Positions 9,237-19,520 are shown, counted from the first letter of the stretch. The stretch: DNA of 64,000 bases from an uncultured Pseudomonadota bacterium (GCA_963847705.1 CAWKBC010000008.1:71593-135592); one strand, 5' to 3'. A program made the numbers and translations. Notes: generated from the sequence alone by a model not told the origin.

Positions 9237-10577
9237 TCAGAACGTGATGGCGTTGACCAGCGAGGGGACGCCGACCGCGCCAGCCGGCGCGATGTCCAGC
9301 ACGACTGCGCGCGAACCGGGCGGCAGGTCGCGGCGCGCCGCCTCCAGCGTCGCCTGCAGCGAGTCCTTCCCGGCCGGAACTACCAGCGCGATCGCCCGCA
9401 CGCCCCAGGCCAGGTGCAGGCGCCGGGTCGTCTCGGGAACGCGGCTGTAGGCCAGGATCGGACGGCGCGGGCGAAAGGCAGCCAGGCTCTGGGCGCTGAC
9501 GCCGGTGCTGGTGGGGACGATGATGGCGGCGGCGTCGAGATCGTCCGCCAGATCGGCGGCGGCGTGCGCCAGCGCGTTGGTCATCGCGGTGCGCGCGGGC
9601 CCCTCGTGCGGCGGCAGCAGCGGCTCGGTCTCGACCAGCAGACGGATCATCATGTTCACCGCGCCGGCCGGATCGTGACCGACGGCGGTCTCCTCCGACA
9701 GCATCACCGCGTCGGTGCCGTCGAGCACCGCGTTGGCCACGTCGGTCACCTCGGCGCGCGTCGGCAGCGGGCTCGAGACCATCGACATCAGCATCTGGGT
9801 GGCGGTGATGACCGGCCGCCCGGCCCGGTTGGCGGCCCGGATGATCCGCTTCTGTGTGGCCGGCACCCGCTCGATCGGGATCTCCACCCCCAGATCGCCC
9901 CGCGCCACCATGATCGCGTCGGTGGCCGCGACGATCGCGTCCAGCCGCTCCAGCGCCTGCTGCTTTTCGATCTTCGCCACCAGCGGCAGCTTGGTCAGGG
10001 TCCGCGCCTCCGCGATGTCGCGCTCGTGGCGAACGTACGAGATGGCGACGAAGTCGGGCGCCAGGACGTCGAGGTTCGCCAGATCGGCTCGGTCCTTGTC
10101 GGTCAGCGCGGGGAGCGACGAGCTGTCGCGCGGCAGATTGATTCCCTTGCGCGAGCGCAGCGTCCCACCGACGCGAACCTGGCAGACGACGCGATCGGCG
10201 CCCACGTTGGTGGCGACGAGATCGATCGTTCCGTCCGCGATGTAGATCGGATCTCCGACGTGCACCCGTTCGTAGAGCGACGGGTCGCCGACCGGCACCC
10301 CGCCCGCTCCCAGCGTCAGCGAGTCCCCTTCCTTGACGACCAGCTCGGCCGGAAGATCCGCGAGGCGAAGCTTGGGCCCCGCCAGGTCGACCAGCACCGC
10401 GATGTCGGGGCGATGCGCGCGCGCGCGGCGAACGCGGCCGGCCTGATCGCGCGGCCCCGCGTGCGAGAGGTTCACCCGCAGGACGTCGACCCCCGCGTCG
10501 AGCAGACGCTCGAGCGCGCCTGGAGGATCCTGGGCCGGTCCGATGGTGGCGATGATCTTGGTGCGACGCTCGTGCAT
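9237..10577 (-). CDS. pyk: Pyruvate kinase
   Basis: RRTKIIATIGPA, RVNLSH, AKIEK, IMVARGDLGVE, VITATQMLMSM, PTRAEVTDVANAVLDGTDAVMLSEETA. Confidence 0.96.
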   Translation of the reverse strand: MHERRTKIIATIGPAQDPPGALERLLDAGVDVLRVNLSHAGPRDQAGRVRRARAHRPDIAVLVDLAGPKLRLADLPAELVVKEGDSLTLGAGGVPVGDPSLYERVHVGDPIYIADGTIDLVATNVGADRVVCQVRVGGTLRSRKGINLPRDSSSLPALTDKDRADLANLDVLAPDFVAISYVRHERDIAEARTLTKLPLVAKIEKQQALERLDAIVAATDAIMVARGDLGVEIPIERVPATQKRIIRAANRAGRPVITATQMLMSMVSSPLPTRAEVTDVANAVLDGTDAVMLSEETAVGHDPAGAVNMMIRLLVETEPLLPPHEGPARTAMTNALAHAAADLADDLDAAAIIVPTSTGVSAQSLAAFRPRRPILAYSRVPETTRRLHLAWGVRAIALVVPAGKDSLQATLEAARRDLPPGSRAVVLDIAPAGAVGVPSLVNAITF

Positions 10578-10597
10578 CGTTGGCCACTCTACCCCGA

Positions 10598-11164
10598 CTA
10601 GCGCGCCTGAATCACCCCGCCGTCGGTCAAGATCAGGTTTCGGTGGCGATGCGCGCCGGTAAATCCCTCGATCTCCTGCACCCAGGACGAATCGGGGTAG
10701 TGGTTCACGGCGTACTCGGCCTCGCCGCGCGCCTCCTTGGCCATCCCCTGCGCGGCCAGCGCGTGAACCAGGATCGAGGCGCGCTCCGGGGCGTCAGGGC
10801 TGTCCGGGAAGCGCCGGTTGCCGGCGCGGGCCAGCTCGACGGCGAGCGCGAAGTTGCTGCCGGCGACGCTCCGCAGGCGCGCCATCAGGACCGACTCCTT
10901 GAGCGGCGCGGCCGCCTCCGAACCGGCCGGCGGCGGCGGCGCGGTCGTCGAGGGCGACCGGTCGGGACCCGGCGGATGGGACGCGGGGGGCGCAGGGGCC
11001 GGCGGGGGCGCGACCGCGACGGGCGCGGCCGGGGCGACCGGCGAGGGCTCTGCGGGCGGCGGAGTGACCGGCGCGGGCCTGGCGCGCAAAAACGCCGCCG
11101 CGCCGAGACCGACCCCGGCCACCACGACAAGCGCGGCCCAGACCCGTTTGGTCGTCGGTTGCAC
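10598..11164 (-). CDS. Hypothetical membrane-anchored protein: N-terminal TM, Pro-rich linker, TPR-like C-domain
   Basis: TM WAALVVVAGVGLGAAAFL; C-terminal ALAVELARAGNRRFPDSP...AVNHYPDS resembles the anti-sigma tail at 12814; TAGACT 6 nt before the GTG. Confidence 0.65.
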   Translation of the reverse strand: MQPTTKRVWAALVVVAGVGLGAAAFLRARPAPVTPPPAEPSPVAPAAPVAVAPPPAPAPPASHPPGPDRSPSTTAPPPPAGSEAAAPLKESVLMARLRSVAGSNFALAVELARAGNRRFPDSPDAPERASILVHALAAQGMAKEARGEAEYAVNHYPDSSWVQEIEGFTGAHRHRNLILTDGGVIQAR

Positions 11165-11181
11165 CTGGTCAGTCTACCCGG

Positions 11182-12666
11182 TCAGGGGCAGGCGTTCAGC
11201 GTCGCCATCTGCGCGGTGTAGAGGTTCTGCATCGGGGTCTTCATCGTCGGCCAGGCGGTCATCGGGTTGCCGCCGTTGTCGTCGTTGGTCTCGTAGTTCC
11301 AGGCCCAGGCGCCGTTGTAACCGTTGCTATAGAGGTTGGTGTACAGGTCGGAGCCGTTCACGCCGTCGGTGGTGACGGCCCAGAACTCGCCCATCACCAG
11401 GTTCTTGTCGAGCTTCCAGTTGGACGCCGGGTGGGTGAAGCAGGAGACGCCCGAGCCGTTCGAGGTGTAGTAGTGGACCTCGTAGAAGTCGAGCGTGCCG
11501 TTGGCTTTGCCGCCCGCGGCCGTGAGGGCGGCGTCCGAGTAGAGGTTGGAAAAGCCGCTGGCGGTCGAGCAGGTGTTGAAGGTCTGCGCCCCGCTCGTCA
11601 CGCGGGCGTTGGGATCGGTCGAATGGATCGCGGACGCGAACACGTTGACCGTCTTCTGGATGTACATCTGGTCGACCTCGGTCCCGCCGTTGGCCGCGGT
11701 CCACCCATGCTGGGTGGTCATCCCCTCGGGCTCGTTGAAGATCTCGTACGAGTAGACGCCCGGATTCCCCTTCAACGCCGTGACCAGAGGCACGAGCACG
11801 TTGGTCACGTAGGCGTTGCGGTTGGCGTCGACGGTGAGGAGATTCTGGTTCTGCGTGCGCAGGGTGGTCGTGATGTTCTCGCCCCCCTGCAGCATGTCGA
11901 ACGACCAGAGGCTGATGTTGAGCGCCACGCCCGCGGTGTGGGCGGCGTTGGCCAGGCTCACGACGTCGTTGAGCGCGCCCGAGGTGAGCGGCATGGCCAT
12001 CCCGCTCGAGTCGTAGCCGGGCGTCACCGTGCCGTTGGTGTGAAACCACCAGCGGATCACCCGCCCGCCCACCGAGGCGCTGTTGGTGAAGATCGTATTG
12101 AACGTCGCCAGATTGGGATTGGGGATGTCGTTGGCGAAGTTCACCCAGGCGACGTTCAGGCCGCTGGCGAACTTGCAGATCGCCGGGCTGCCAGCGCCGC
12201 CCGCTCCCGTGGTCCCCCCGGTCGCAGGCGTGCCGCCGGTGCCGGTCGCCCCGGCCTTGCCACCCGTGCCGGTCGCCCCGCCCTTGCCGCCGGCCCCGGC
12301 GGTCGCGGAGGCTCCGCCGGTCCCGATCGTCCCGCCAGTGGCGCTGGTGCCGCCGGTGCCGGTCGTGCCGCCGGTCGCCGTCGCGCCGCCGGTGCCGGTC
12401 GTGCCGCCGGTGCCGGTCGTGCCGCCGGTCGCCGTCGTGCCCCCGGTGCCCGGGGTGCCGCCGGTGGCAACGTTGCCGCCCGTGGCAATCGAACCGCCCG
12501 TGGCGGTGGTCCCACCGGTGCCGGTGGCCCCCCCCCTGGCCCCACTGTTCCCACCCTCGCTGGAAGCACCGCCAGACCCGCCCCCGGCGTCATCGGTGCT
12601 CTCGGGCGAGGCGCAGGCAGCGAGGGAGAGGGTCAACAACAGGGGGAGAACACGGGCAGGCTTCAT
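11182..12666 (-). CDS. GH5-like glycoside hydrolase lipoprotein (mannanase/cellulase-like) with Gly/Thr linker
   Basis: Lipobox LSLAAC; long GGTTGTGG linker; acid/base motif IFNEPEG, EVHYY, nucleophile VMGEF, GAWAW. Confidence 0.8.
   Translation of the reverse strand: MKPARVLPLLLTLSLAACASPESTDDAGGGSGGASSEGGNSGARGGATGTGGTTATGGSIATGGNVATGGTPGTGGTTATGGTTGTGGTTGTGGATATGGTTGTGGTSATGGTIGTGGASATAGAGGKGGATGTGGKAGATGTGGTPATGGTTGAGGAGSPAICKFASGLNVAWVNFANDIPNPNLATFNTIFTNSASVGGRVIRWWFHTNGTVTPGYDSSGMAMPLTSGALNDVVSLANAAHTAGVALNISLWSFDMLQGGENITTTLRTQNQNLLTVDANRNAYVTNVLVPLVTALKGNPGVYSYEIFNEPEGMTTQHGWTAANGGTEVDQMYIQKTVNVFASAIHSTDPNARVTSGAQTFNTCSTASGFSNLYSDAALTAAGGKANGTLDFYEVHYYTSNGSGVSCFTHPASNWKLDKNLVMGEFWAVTTDGVNGSDLYTNLYSNGYNGAWAWNYETNDDNGGNPMTAWPTMKTPMQNLYTAQMATLNACP
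12190..12590 (-). repeat. Low-complexity coding repeat (about 18-bp units encoding GGTTGT/GGTTAT)
   Basis: Repeated gccgccggtgccggtcgt-like units encoding the linker of the GH5 lipoprotein. Confidence 0.8.
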
Positions 12667-12813
12667 GATTCCTCCGATAAGGAAGGGCGACGGGGCAAGG
12701 GGCAACGGGGGTCACCGGCGCCAAGGGCGCCCCCGCTCGCGGACCTTCACGGAATCGCACAGACGCGAAAACAACTCGAACGACTGGAAGTGCCGCGGCT
12801 GGCCTGATTCGGC

Positions 12814-13650
12814 TCAGCGTTGTGCCCGAAGGGCCAGTTCCTCGAACGGTCCGCCGGGGTACCGGCGCAGGTAGCGGGCCCCGAGCGTGGCAGCGTCGCC
12901 GTCCCGGTGGGCCACCGCCGCTTCGATGGTCAGCGCCAGTGCCTCCTCGGCCAGGGCGCCGTTGGGGTGCCGATCGAGGTATCGGGCGAGCAGCCCGCGG
13001 GCACGCACCGGATCGTGCTCCACGCGGAGGGCGCGCATCCCGGCCAGCACCGACCGGGTCTCTTCATCCTCGCGGTCCCGCGCCGCTTCGTGCCTGGTTT
13101 CCTGGTGCCCGGACTCGTCGCGCGCCGCAGAGGGCGGCGCCGCAGACCGGAGGTGCGGAGGTACGATCTGCTCGCGGCTCGTGACTGGCGCGTCCGGCGG
13201 TGGCGCGACCTCAGGCAGCGGACCCGACGCCGGCGGTCTGGCGACCGCCAGCGGCTGGGCCGCGACCGACACGGCGTGACGGTCGACCAGCCTGTGCGTC
13301 CGTGCACGTTCCGGCGACACGGCGACCGACGAGGCGGCGGGAACGAGCCGCTCGTAGGCGCGCCCGATCCAGCCACGCCACGGCCCGATCGCCGCGCTGG
13401 CGAATGCGCAGCCGCCTATCAACACACCGGCCACGATCGCCGGGCGCAGGAGGCGCGGCGCGCGGCGAGGAGCGTTCGATCGGCCCAGGCTCAGCAGCAC
13501 GCGCTGCTTCCGCCCGGGCGGCGACTTGTAAGGCCCCGTCGACCGCACCAGATCGACGAGCCAGGGGTCGACCCCGGACTCCTCGGTCAGGCGCGGTGGA
13601 TTGCCTCTCTCGAGGGCCTGTCCGTCGCGGGAATCGTCGTCGCCCCTCAT
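12814..13650 (-). CDS. Putative anti-sigma factor (TM, Pro-rich linker, TPR-like C-terminus)
   Basis: Start MRGDDDS overlaps the ECF stop (ATGA); TM IVAGVLIGGCAFASAAIG; RARGLLARYLDRHPNGALAEEALAL...YLRRYPGG. Confidence 0.75.
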   Translation of the reverse strand: MRGDDDSRDGQALERGNPPRLTEESGVDPWLVDLVRSTGPYKSPPGRKQRVLLSLGRSNAPRRAPRLLRPAIVAGVLIGGCAFASAAIGPWRGWIGRAYERLVPAASSVAVSPERARTHRLVDRHAVSVAAQPLAVARPPASGPLPEVAPPPDAPVTSREQIVPPHLRSAAPPSAARDESGHQETRHEAARDREDEETRSVLAGMRALRVEHDPVRARGLLARYLDRHPNGALAEEALALTIEAAVAHRDGDAATLGARYLRRYPGGPFEELALRAQR

Positions 13651-14243
13651 GCGTCGCCCCTCATGCGTCGCTGCGCCTCGCGGAACCGCGCGGCCAGCGC
13701 CGCGAAATCCCTGCGCGCGTGATAGAGGCGGGTCCAGACGGTGTTGAGGGGAACGCTCTGAATGCGGGCGATCTCCTCGCCCGAGAGCCCCTCGATCTCG
13801 AACAGCACGAAGGTCGTCCGTCGCTCTTCGCGAATCTTGCCCAGGATGGCGAGGAGGATCCGCTGGTCTTCTCGCCGCTCCAGCGCCGCGGAGGGACCCC
13901 CGGCGCCGCTCTGGAGGGCGTCGGGATCCTCGACCCGGCGCTTGGTGAAGATGTGCTTGACCCAGCTGCGGCGGCGAAAGTCGCGCACCTGGCGGCGGGT
14001 GATCCGGTAGAGCCACCCGGCGGGGTTCGCACCGTCGAAGGCGTCGAGTCGCCGGCGCACGACCAGGAAGACCTCTTGCACGATGTCGTCGCGGTCGGCC
14101 TCGGCGCCACCGAGCGCGCGGATCCAGCGCGCGACCTCCTCGAACCAGGCGTCGTAGAACGACCGAAAGTCCTGGAGGACGCCCGCTGCCCGGGCTGCTT
14201 CATGCGCACCGCTCAGAGGGCGCGTCCGTGCCAGGACCTTCAT
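13647..14243 (-). CDS. ECF RNA polymerase sigma-70 factor
   Basis: DDIVQEVFLVV...GWLYRIT; FVLFEIEGLSGEEIARIQSVPLNTVWTRLYHAR; TACAAT 9 nt before the ATG. Confidence 0.92.
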   Translation of the reverse strand: MKVLARTRPLSGAHEAARAAGVLQDFRSFYDAWFEEVARWIRALGGAEADRDDIVQEVFLVVRRRLDAFDGANPAGWLYRITRRQVRDFRRRSWVKHIFTKRRVEDPDALQSGAGGPSAALERREDQRILLAILGKIREERRTTFVLFEIEGLSGEEIARIQSVPLNTVWTRLYHARRDFAALAARFREAQRRMRGDA

Positions 14244-14316
14244 GGCCGGGCGATTGTATCCGAGGGACGTCGCCAACGTCTCGCCCAACCAGAGGCGATT
14301 CGGATATCGTGGCCTG

Positions 14317-15357
14317 GTGCGTGAAGCGCTCCTTCGCGGCGCGGGCCCGGCCGCCGCGGCGCTGCTCGGTTTCGCCGCCGCAATGGGCGCGCCGGCCCAG
14401 GCAGCGCCGCCCGATGAGTCGAAGCTGCCGTCAGCGCCCGCGCCCGCGAAGCCGCTCGGGCCGACTGCGCCGACGGGTCCCGCGCCGCTCGACGCGTCGT
14501 CCGTGATCGGGGGACCCAGCACCTGCCCGCGTCCCGACGCCGTCTGGAGCGAGCTCGTGACGTTGGTGCCGCCCGAGCGCCTCGCGGCCCGCCTGCGCAC
14601 GGCGACGCGCGGCAAGACTCCGCTCGTCGAGCTCGTCGATCTCGGCGTGCCGTACCGGATCCTCATGGCGGGGCAGATCCGCGAGTACCGGGACGACAGC
14701 CGGGACTGCGCCTACCGCGCGCGCATCGCGGCGGTGTTCGTGGCGCTGGCGATCGATCCGGCCCAGTTGCCCGCACAGCTGCCGATGCCGATGCCACCCG
14801 TTGCCCCGCCGTCGCCGGCAGCGCCGCCCCCGGTCGAGGCACTGCCGTCGCCAGGCGCCCGCCTGGATCTGGGCGCGACGGCGGTGGGCGGTCTCGGACC
14901 AGAGGCTCGCGTCGGTCAGGTCGGAGCCGAGCTGCGCTGGTCGGCCGGGCGCCGGCGGCTCGTTCCCGAGGTGGGCGTGACGGCGCTGCTGCCGGTCGAC
15001 AACACCGTGGGGGGCGTGCGGCTGCGGCAGTGGCGGCTGCCGATCGACGCTGGCCTGCGCGCCCGGATCGCCGGCCCCCGTTTCGAACGGTACGGCGAGC
15101 TCGGCGTCTCCGCGGCGCTGCTCTCGGAACGCGCGCTCGATCTCGCCACCTCGAGATCGCAGACGGGGCTCGAGCTCGGCCTGCGGCTCGCCGTCGGGGT
15201 GTACGCCTCTCACGCGCGCTTCGCACCCTTCGCCGCCCTCTCCGGCGAGCTGGTCCCCGCTCCCCCGGCGATCTTCGCGCTGCCCGCGGGAACCGTGGGG
15301 CACACACCCATCTTCTGGATCGGCGCGACGGCCGGCGCGTCGCTGGGATTCCTCTGA
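14317..15357 (+). CDS. Hypothetical secreted protein, probable C-terminal outer-membrane beta-barrel
   Basis: Signal peptide (AAAALLGFAAAMGAPAQA), Cys pair (STCP...RDC), Pro linker, alternating beta-strand pattern ending ASLGFL. TATCGT 6 nt before GTG 14317 supports this start. Confidence 0.6.
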   Translation: MREALLRGAGPAAAALLGFAAAMGAPAQAAPPDESKLPSAPAPAKPLGPTAPTGPAPLDASSVIGGPSTCPRPDAVWSELVTLVPPERLAARLRTATRGKTPLVELVDLGVPYRILMAGQIREYRDDSRDCAYRARIAAVFVALAIDPAQLPAQLPMPMPPVAPPSPAAPPPVEALPSPGARLDLGATAVGGLGPEARVGQVGAELRWSAGRRRLVPEVGVTALLPVDNTVGGVRLRQWRLPIDAGLRARIAGPRFERYGELGVSAALLSERALDLATSRSQTGLELGLRLAVGVYASHARFAPFAALSGELVPAPPAIFALPAGTVGHTPIFWIGATAGASLGFL

Positions 15358-16133
15358 TGCGCGGGCGCCCGATCTTGCCGATGATCTTGCTGCTGGGGGC
15401 GCTCGCCGCCGCATGCAGCCCGCTCGACGTCGGGTCGGATCTCCTCTGGACCGCGCGGTTCGAGACCGGCGACTTCAGCGAGTGGACCGGCGTCGCGGGC
15501 GGCGACGCGCAGGCGTTCCCCGCGCCGCCCAACACGATCGCCGTCTCCAACGGGCAGGCGCACACCGGCAGCGAATCTGCCGCGCTCACCATCACCGCCG
15601 GCAGCGATGGCGCGCAGGAGAACGCCAGCCTCTCGCGCGCCGGCGGCCTGCCCCCCGAGGCCTATTACAGCGCCTGGTACTACCTGCCCTACAGCGTGTC
15701 GGTCGGACCGTTCTGGGTGATCTTCAAGTTCCGGATGCGCACCAACGCCGACGACGCCAGCACGGCCGGCGAGCTCTTCGACATGGATCTGGCCACCCTG
15801 CCGAGCGGCGAGATGACCCTCCGGCTCTACGATCACCGGACCTCGGCGGACATCCCGCTCGACGTCTCGAATCCGATCGTCCCGGTGGAGCAGTGGTTTC
15901 AGGTCGAGGCGTTCTACCGCGCGGCCGACGACAATACCGGACGCCTGACCTATTGGTTGAATGGCCAGCAGATCGTGGACGTCGCCGGCGCGGCCACCAG
16001 CCCGACCTCGTGGGTCGAGTGGGACGCCTGCAGCGTCGGCGAAAACCTGACGCCGGCGACGGCGACCCTCTACATCGACGACTGCGCCATCAGCCGCTCG
16101 CGCGTCGGACCCGCCGGGCGGCTCACCGACTGA
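15357..16133 (+). CDS. Lipoprotein with polysaccharide-lyase/concanavalin-like fold
   Basis: TGATG coupling to the upstream gene; lipobox LAAAC; FETGDFSEW, EAYYSAWYYLP, WFQVEAFY, LTYWLNG, LYIDD. Confidence 0.65.
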   Translation: MRGRPILPMILLLGALAAACSPLDVGSDLLWTARFETGDFSEWTGVAGGDAQAFPAPPNTIAVSNGQAHTGSESAALTITAGSDGAQENASLSRAGGLPPEAYYSAWYYLPYSVSVGPFWVIFKFRMRTNADDASTAGELFDMDLATLPSGEMTLRLYDHRTSADIPLDVSNPIVPVEQWFQVEAFYRAADDNTGRLTYWLNGQQIVDVAGAATSPTSWVEWDACSVGENLTPATATLYIDDCAISRSRVGPAGRLTD

Positions 16134-16214
16134 CAGGCGATAGCCGGAACATCTTCACGCCAGCGTGACCGCGGGGACCGAGCGATCGTAGAAGGGGCGA
16201 GAGGGACCAAGACC

Positions 16215-16616
16215 ATGAATGACACCGCCGATGAAACCGCGATTCGAAGGCTGATCGAGGACTGGGCGGCGGCCGTCCGCCGGCAAGACCTGGAAGGGAT
16301 TCTCCGCGATCACGCGCCGGACATCGTCATGTTCGACGTGCCGCCCCCGCTCGAGTCGCGCGGCATCGAGGCCTACGAGGCAACCTGGGAGCTGTTCTTT
16401 CGATGGGCGCGGAAACCGGTCCTGTTCGACATCACTCGGATGGAGATCCGCGCGGGAAACGAGGTCGCCTTCGCCGTGGCCCTCATGCGCTGTGGGAGCA
16501 AGCAGCCCGACGGCACGGATCTCGACCTCGACTTTCGCCTGACCGTCGGCCTCAGCAAGGTGGGCGGCCGATGGACGGTCGTGCACGAACATCACTCGAT
16601 CCCCGCGGGGTCTTAG
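16215..16616 (+). CDS. SnoaL/NTF2-like (YybH-type) protein
   Basis: AIRRLIEDWAAAVRRQDLEG...DIVMFDVPPP...RLTVGLSKVGGRWTVVHEHHSIP; GAGGG ribosome site upstream. Confidence 0.88.
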   Translation: MNDTADETAIRRLIEDWAAAVRRQDLEGILRDHAPDIVMFDVPPPLESRGIEAYEATWELFFRWARKPVLFDITRMEIRAGNEVAFAVALMRCGSKQPDGTDLDLDFRLTVGLSKVGGRWTVVHEHHSIPAGS

Positions 16617-16645
16617 CCTCCTGGCCTTCCACCAGAGGGTATCTG

Positions 16646-17329
16646 CTATTTCTGTCGCGCCGCCGCCAGCAGGCCGGGGAGATCGCAGTCGCAGAAGTCG
16701 CCGATCCGCGCCAGCGTGATGTCGGGAGGTGGGAAGCTGGCCACCTCGGGCGCCAGCGCATAGTGCCCCTGGCGCGGAAACACGGTGGTGAGCCGCTCGC
16801 CCCAGATCTTCTTCACCGCGGTGAGGATCCTGATCTTGTCGTCGACCAGCACGTAGTGATCGGCGGGGTAGCGGCGCTCGACGTCGTCCAGCTCGTGCTC
16901 CTTGTGGATGTAGATGAGCACGCGCCTTTCGACGGCGTCGAACAGACCGGACCGCTCGACCTTGCGCGGCTGGAACACCACGTCGCCGTCGGAGAGGATG
17001 ACGGTCTGGCCAAACCTCGCCGCGTGCTCGACGGCGTCGAGCGATCCCGGGAACAGCCGGTTGGCGAAGGGGTAGTTCACCAGGAACGAGGAGACCGCCA
17101 GCAGATGCGGGTCGCGCGGGTGGACCAGCCGGTAGCGCTGCAGGGCGCCCAGGTAGTCGGAGTAGCCGAGCTCCGTCCGGAGCGTCTCGAAGATCTCGAA
17201 GTACTGCTCGGCCCGGCCAGCGCCCACCTCGTTCAGCAGGTAACGGCGGAGGTCGGCGCTCACCCGATCGTTGTCGAGCAGCGTGTTGTCGACGTCGAAC
17301 AGAAAGACGACTTTGCCCGGGCCGCTCAC
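16646..17329 (-). CDS. HAD-family hydrolase
   Basis: VVFLFDVDNTLLDND, ILSDGDVVFQPRK, YVLVDDK; GTG overlaps the rpiA stop. Confidence 0.85.
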   Translation of the reverse strand: MSGPGKVVFLFDVDNTLLDNDRVSADLRRYLLNEVGAGRAEQYFEIFETLRTELGYSDYLGALQRYRLVHPRDPHLLAVSSFLVNYPFANRLFPGSLDAVEHAARFGQTVILSDGDVVFQPRKVERSGLFDAVERRVLIYIHKEHELDDVERRYPADHYVLVDDKIRILTAVKKIWGERLTTVFPRQGHYALAPEVASFPPPDITLARIGDFCDCDLPGLLAAARQK

Positions 17330-18078
17330 GGCAAATCCGAGCGCTTGAGGACGTCGACCCGGCCGTCGGGGTAGCCGACCAGCACGCGCTCGGCGGTGCC
17401 GAGGAAGAGCCCGGTGTCGACCACCCCGGGGATCCGGCAGATGGCGGTCTCCAGCGTGCGCGCCAGCGCCGGCTCGGCGAGCGGCCGCGCGCAGGCGCAG
17501 TCGAAGATCAGGTTTCCGTTGACCGAGATGAGCGGACGCCCACCTGCCGTCGCGGGGTCGACGCGCGCGACCGGGCTGAGGCCGAGCGCCTTCAGCCGGC
17601 GGGTGGCCAGGCCGGCGGCCATGGGGATGACCTCCACCGGGAACCCGGCGTTCGCGCACAGCACCGGGACCAGCTTCTCGGGGCTCACCAGGATGACCTG
17701 CCGGCGCGAGGCGGCGGCCACGATCCGCTCGCGCACGAAGGCGGCGCCCCGCCCCTTGACGAGATCCAGGTTGGGCGTCACCTCGTCGGCGCCGTCGACG
17801 GTGAGGTCGAGCAGCGTCTCCTCGGTGATGTCGATGAGCGGAATCTCCAGCGAGCGGGCCAGCCGCTCGGAGGCCTCCGAGGTCGGCACGCCCGAGACCT
17901 TCAGTCCGCGCCGGGCGCGCGCGCCGATCGCCGCGATGAAGGCGGATGCGGCGCGCCCCGAGCCGAGCCCGACCAGGGCGCCGTCGGTGACCAGCTCGGC
18001 GGCGCGGGTGGCGGCGGCCAGGACGCCCGGATCTGTCGCGGCGCCCGGTGTCCCCTTGGCGGTCCCTTTTGGATTCAT
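17326..18078 (-). CDS. rpiA: Ribose-5-phosphate isomerase A
   Basis: VGLGSGRAA, VPTS, DGADEV...LVKGRGAAFVRERIVA, IPGVVDTGLF. Confidence 0.92.
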   Translation of the reverse strand: MNPKGTAKGTPGAATDPGVLAAATRAAELVTDGALVGLGSGRAASAFIAAIGARARRGLKVSGVPTSEASERLARSLEIPLIDITEETLLDLTVDGADEVTPNLDLVKGRGAAFVRERIVAAASRRQVILVSPEKLVPVLCANAGFPVEVIPMAAGLATRRLKALGLSPVARVDPATAGGRPLISVNGNLIFDCACARPLAEPALARTLETAICRIPGVVDTGLFLGTAERVLVGYPDGRVDVLKRSDLP

Positions 18079-18093
18079 CGCTCGGTATCTTAA

Positions 18094-19464
18094 CTAGGGC
18101 GCGGGAGCATGCCAGCCACCCACGTCGGCGGTGAGGCGCGCAGCGTCGGGGGGGCCCCAGGTGCCCGGCTCGTACTGGTGGACGGGGGTGGCGCCTCCCA
18201 GGATCGGATCGACGATGGCCCAGGCCGCCTCCACGCCGTCCTGCCGCGAGAACAGCGTGGCGTCCCCGGCCATCGCGTCGCCCAGAAGGCGCTCGTAGGC
18301 GTCCATCTCGTCGGCGTCGGACTGGTGCATCACCTTCAGCTCCGTCGGCTCCGACACCATCTGCTCACCCGCCTTCTTGATCCGGGCGCCGACCGCGATG
18401 ATCACCTCGGGGGAGAGGCGGAAACGGAAGTGGTTGGTCTCCTCGGGGCCGACCCGGCGGAGCGGCGGGCGCTTGAGCGTGACCAGCACCTCCGTCGTGG
18501 AGACCGGCATGCATTTGCCGGCGCGGATGAAGAACGGAACGCCGTCCCAGCGCCAGGAGTCGACGTGTAGCCGGACCGCCGCGTAGGTCTCCACAGTGGA
18601 GTCGGTGGCCACCCCCTCCTCCTCCCGGTAGCCGATGAACTGGCCGCGCACCAGATCCTCCGGGCTGAGCGGCCGGATGGCGCGGAAGACCTTGACCTGC
18701 TCGTCGCGAATCGACTCGGCGTAGGTCCCGAGCGGCGGCTCCATCGCCAGGAAGCCGATCACCTGGAGGAGGTGGTTCTGGATGACGTCGCGGATGGCGC
18801 CCGCCTCCTCGTAGAAGCGCCCGCGCCCCTGGACGCCGAAGCTCTCGGCCATGGTGATCTGCACGCTCTCGACGTAGTGCTGGTTCCAGATCGGCTCCAG
18901 GAAGGTGTTGGCGAAGCGGAACAGCAGCAGGTTCTGCACCGACTCTTTTCCCAGGTAGTGGTCGATGCGGAAGATGGCCGACTCGTCGAAGCCGGCGTGC
19001 AGCGTCTGGTTGAGGGCGCGCGCGGAGGCCAGATCGCGGCCGAACGGCTTTTCCACCACCAGGCGCGCCCCCTTGGCGGCGCCCGACTTGGCCAATCCGG
19101 TGACCACCGTCGCGAAGACGCTGGGGGGGATCGCCAGGTAGTGCGTGGGGCGGGCGGCGGCGCCCAGATCTCGCTTCAAGGTTTCGAAGGTCCCCGCATC
19201 GGCGTAGTCACCGCGCACGTAGCGAAGTCTGCCCAGCAGCTTGCCGACCACCGCCTCGTCGAGCGGCTTGACGTGCTCCTTCAAGCTGTCGCGGGCGCGG
19301 GCCTGAAACTGCTCCAGCGTCCAGGGGGAGTTGGCCACGCCGATGACCGGCATCTCCAGGTGCCCGCGCCGGGTCATGTGGTAGAGCGCCGGGAAGATCT
19401 TCTTGAAGGCGAGATCTCCGCTGGCACCGAAGAAAACGAAGGCGTCCGAGTGAGCTGCGCTCAT
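18094..19464 (-). CDS. zwf: Glucose-6-phosphate 1-dehydrogenase
   Basis: [55 protein letters not shown]. Confidence 0.97.
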   Translation of the reverse strand: MSAAHSDAFVFFGASGDLAFKKIFPALYHMTRRGHLEMPVIGVANSPWTLEQFQARARDSLKEHVKPLDEAVVGKLLGRLRYVRGDYADAGTFETLKRDLGAAARPTHYLAIPPSVFATVVTGLAKSGAAKGARLVVEKPFGRDLASARALNQTLHAGFDESAIFRIDHYLGKESVQNLLLFRFANTFLEPIWNQHYVESVQITMAESFGVQGRGRFYEEAGAIRDVIQNHLLQVIGFLAMEPPLGTYAESIRDEQVKVFRAIRPLSPEDLVRGQFIGYREEEGVATDSTVETYAAVRLHVDSWRWDGVPFFIRAGKCMPVSTTEVLVTLKRPPLRRVGPEETNHFRFRLSPEVIIAVGARIKKAGEQMVSEPTELKVMHQSDADEMDAYERLLGDAMAGDATLFSRQDGVEAAWAIVDPILGGATPVHQYEPGTWGPPDAARLTADVGGWHAPAP

Positions 19465-19520
19465 GGTGGCAGTATATGGATCGCTTAGGAGGGTGTCGAC
19501 GTGATGCGAGTGGACGTGAG

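Noticed and set aside
8302-10577. Functional coupling of a K+-dependent pyruvate kinase with the adjacent KirBac channel
   Set aside because: The kinase has DLAGPKLR (Lys at the position that marks K+-independent enzymes), and each gene has its own candidate -10 element.
12190-12590. Repetitive DNA here and at about 34900-35240 and 56850-57180 as a possible CRISPR array or VNTR system
   Set aside because: These are degenerate in-frame codon repeats for Gly/Thr linkers, with no constant repeat plus unique spacer structure and no cas genes.
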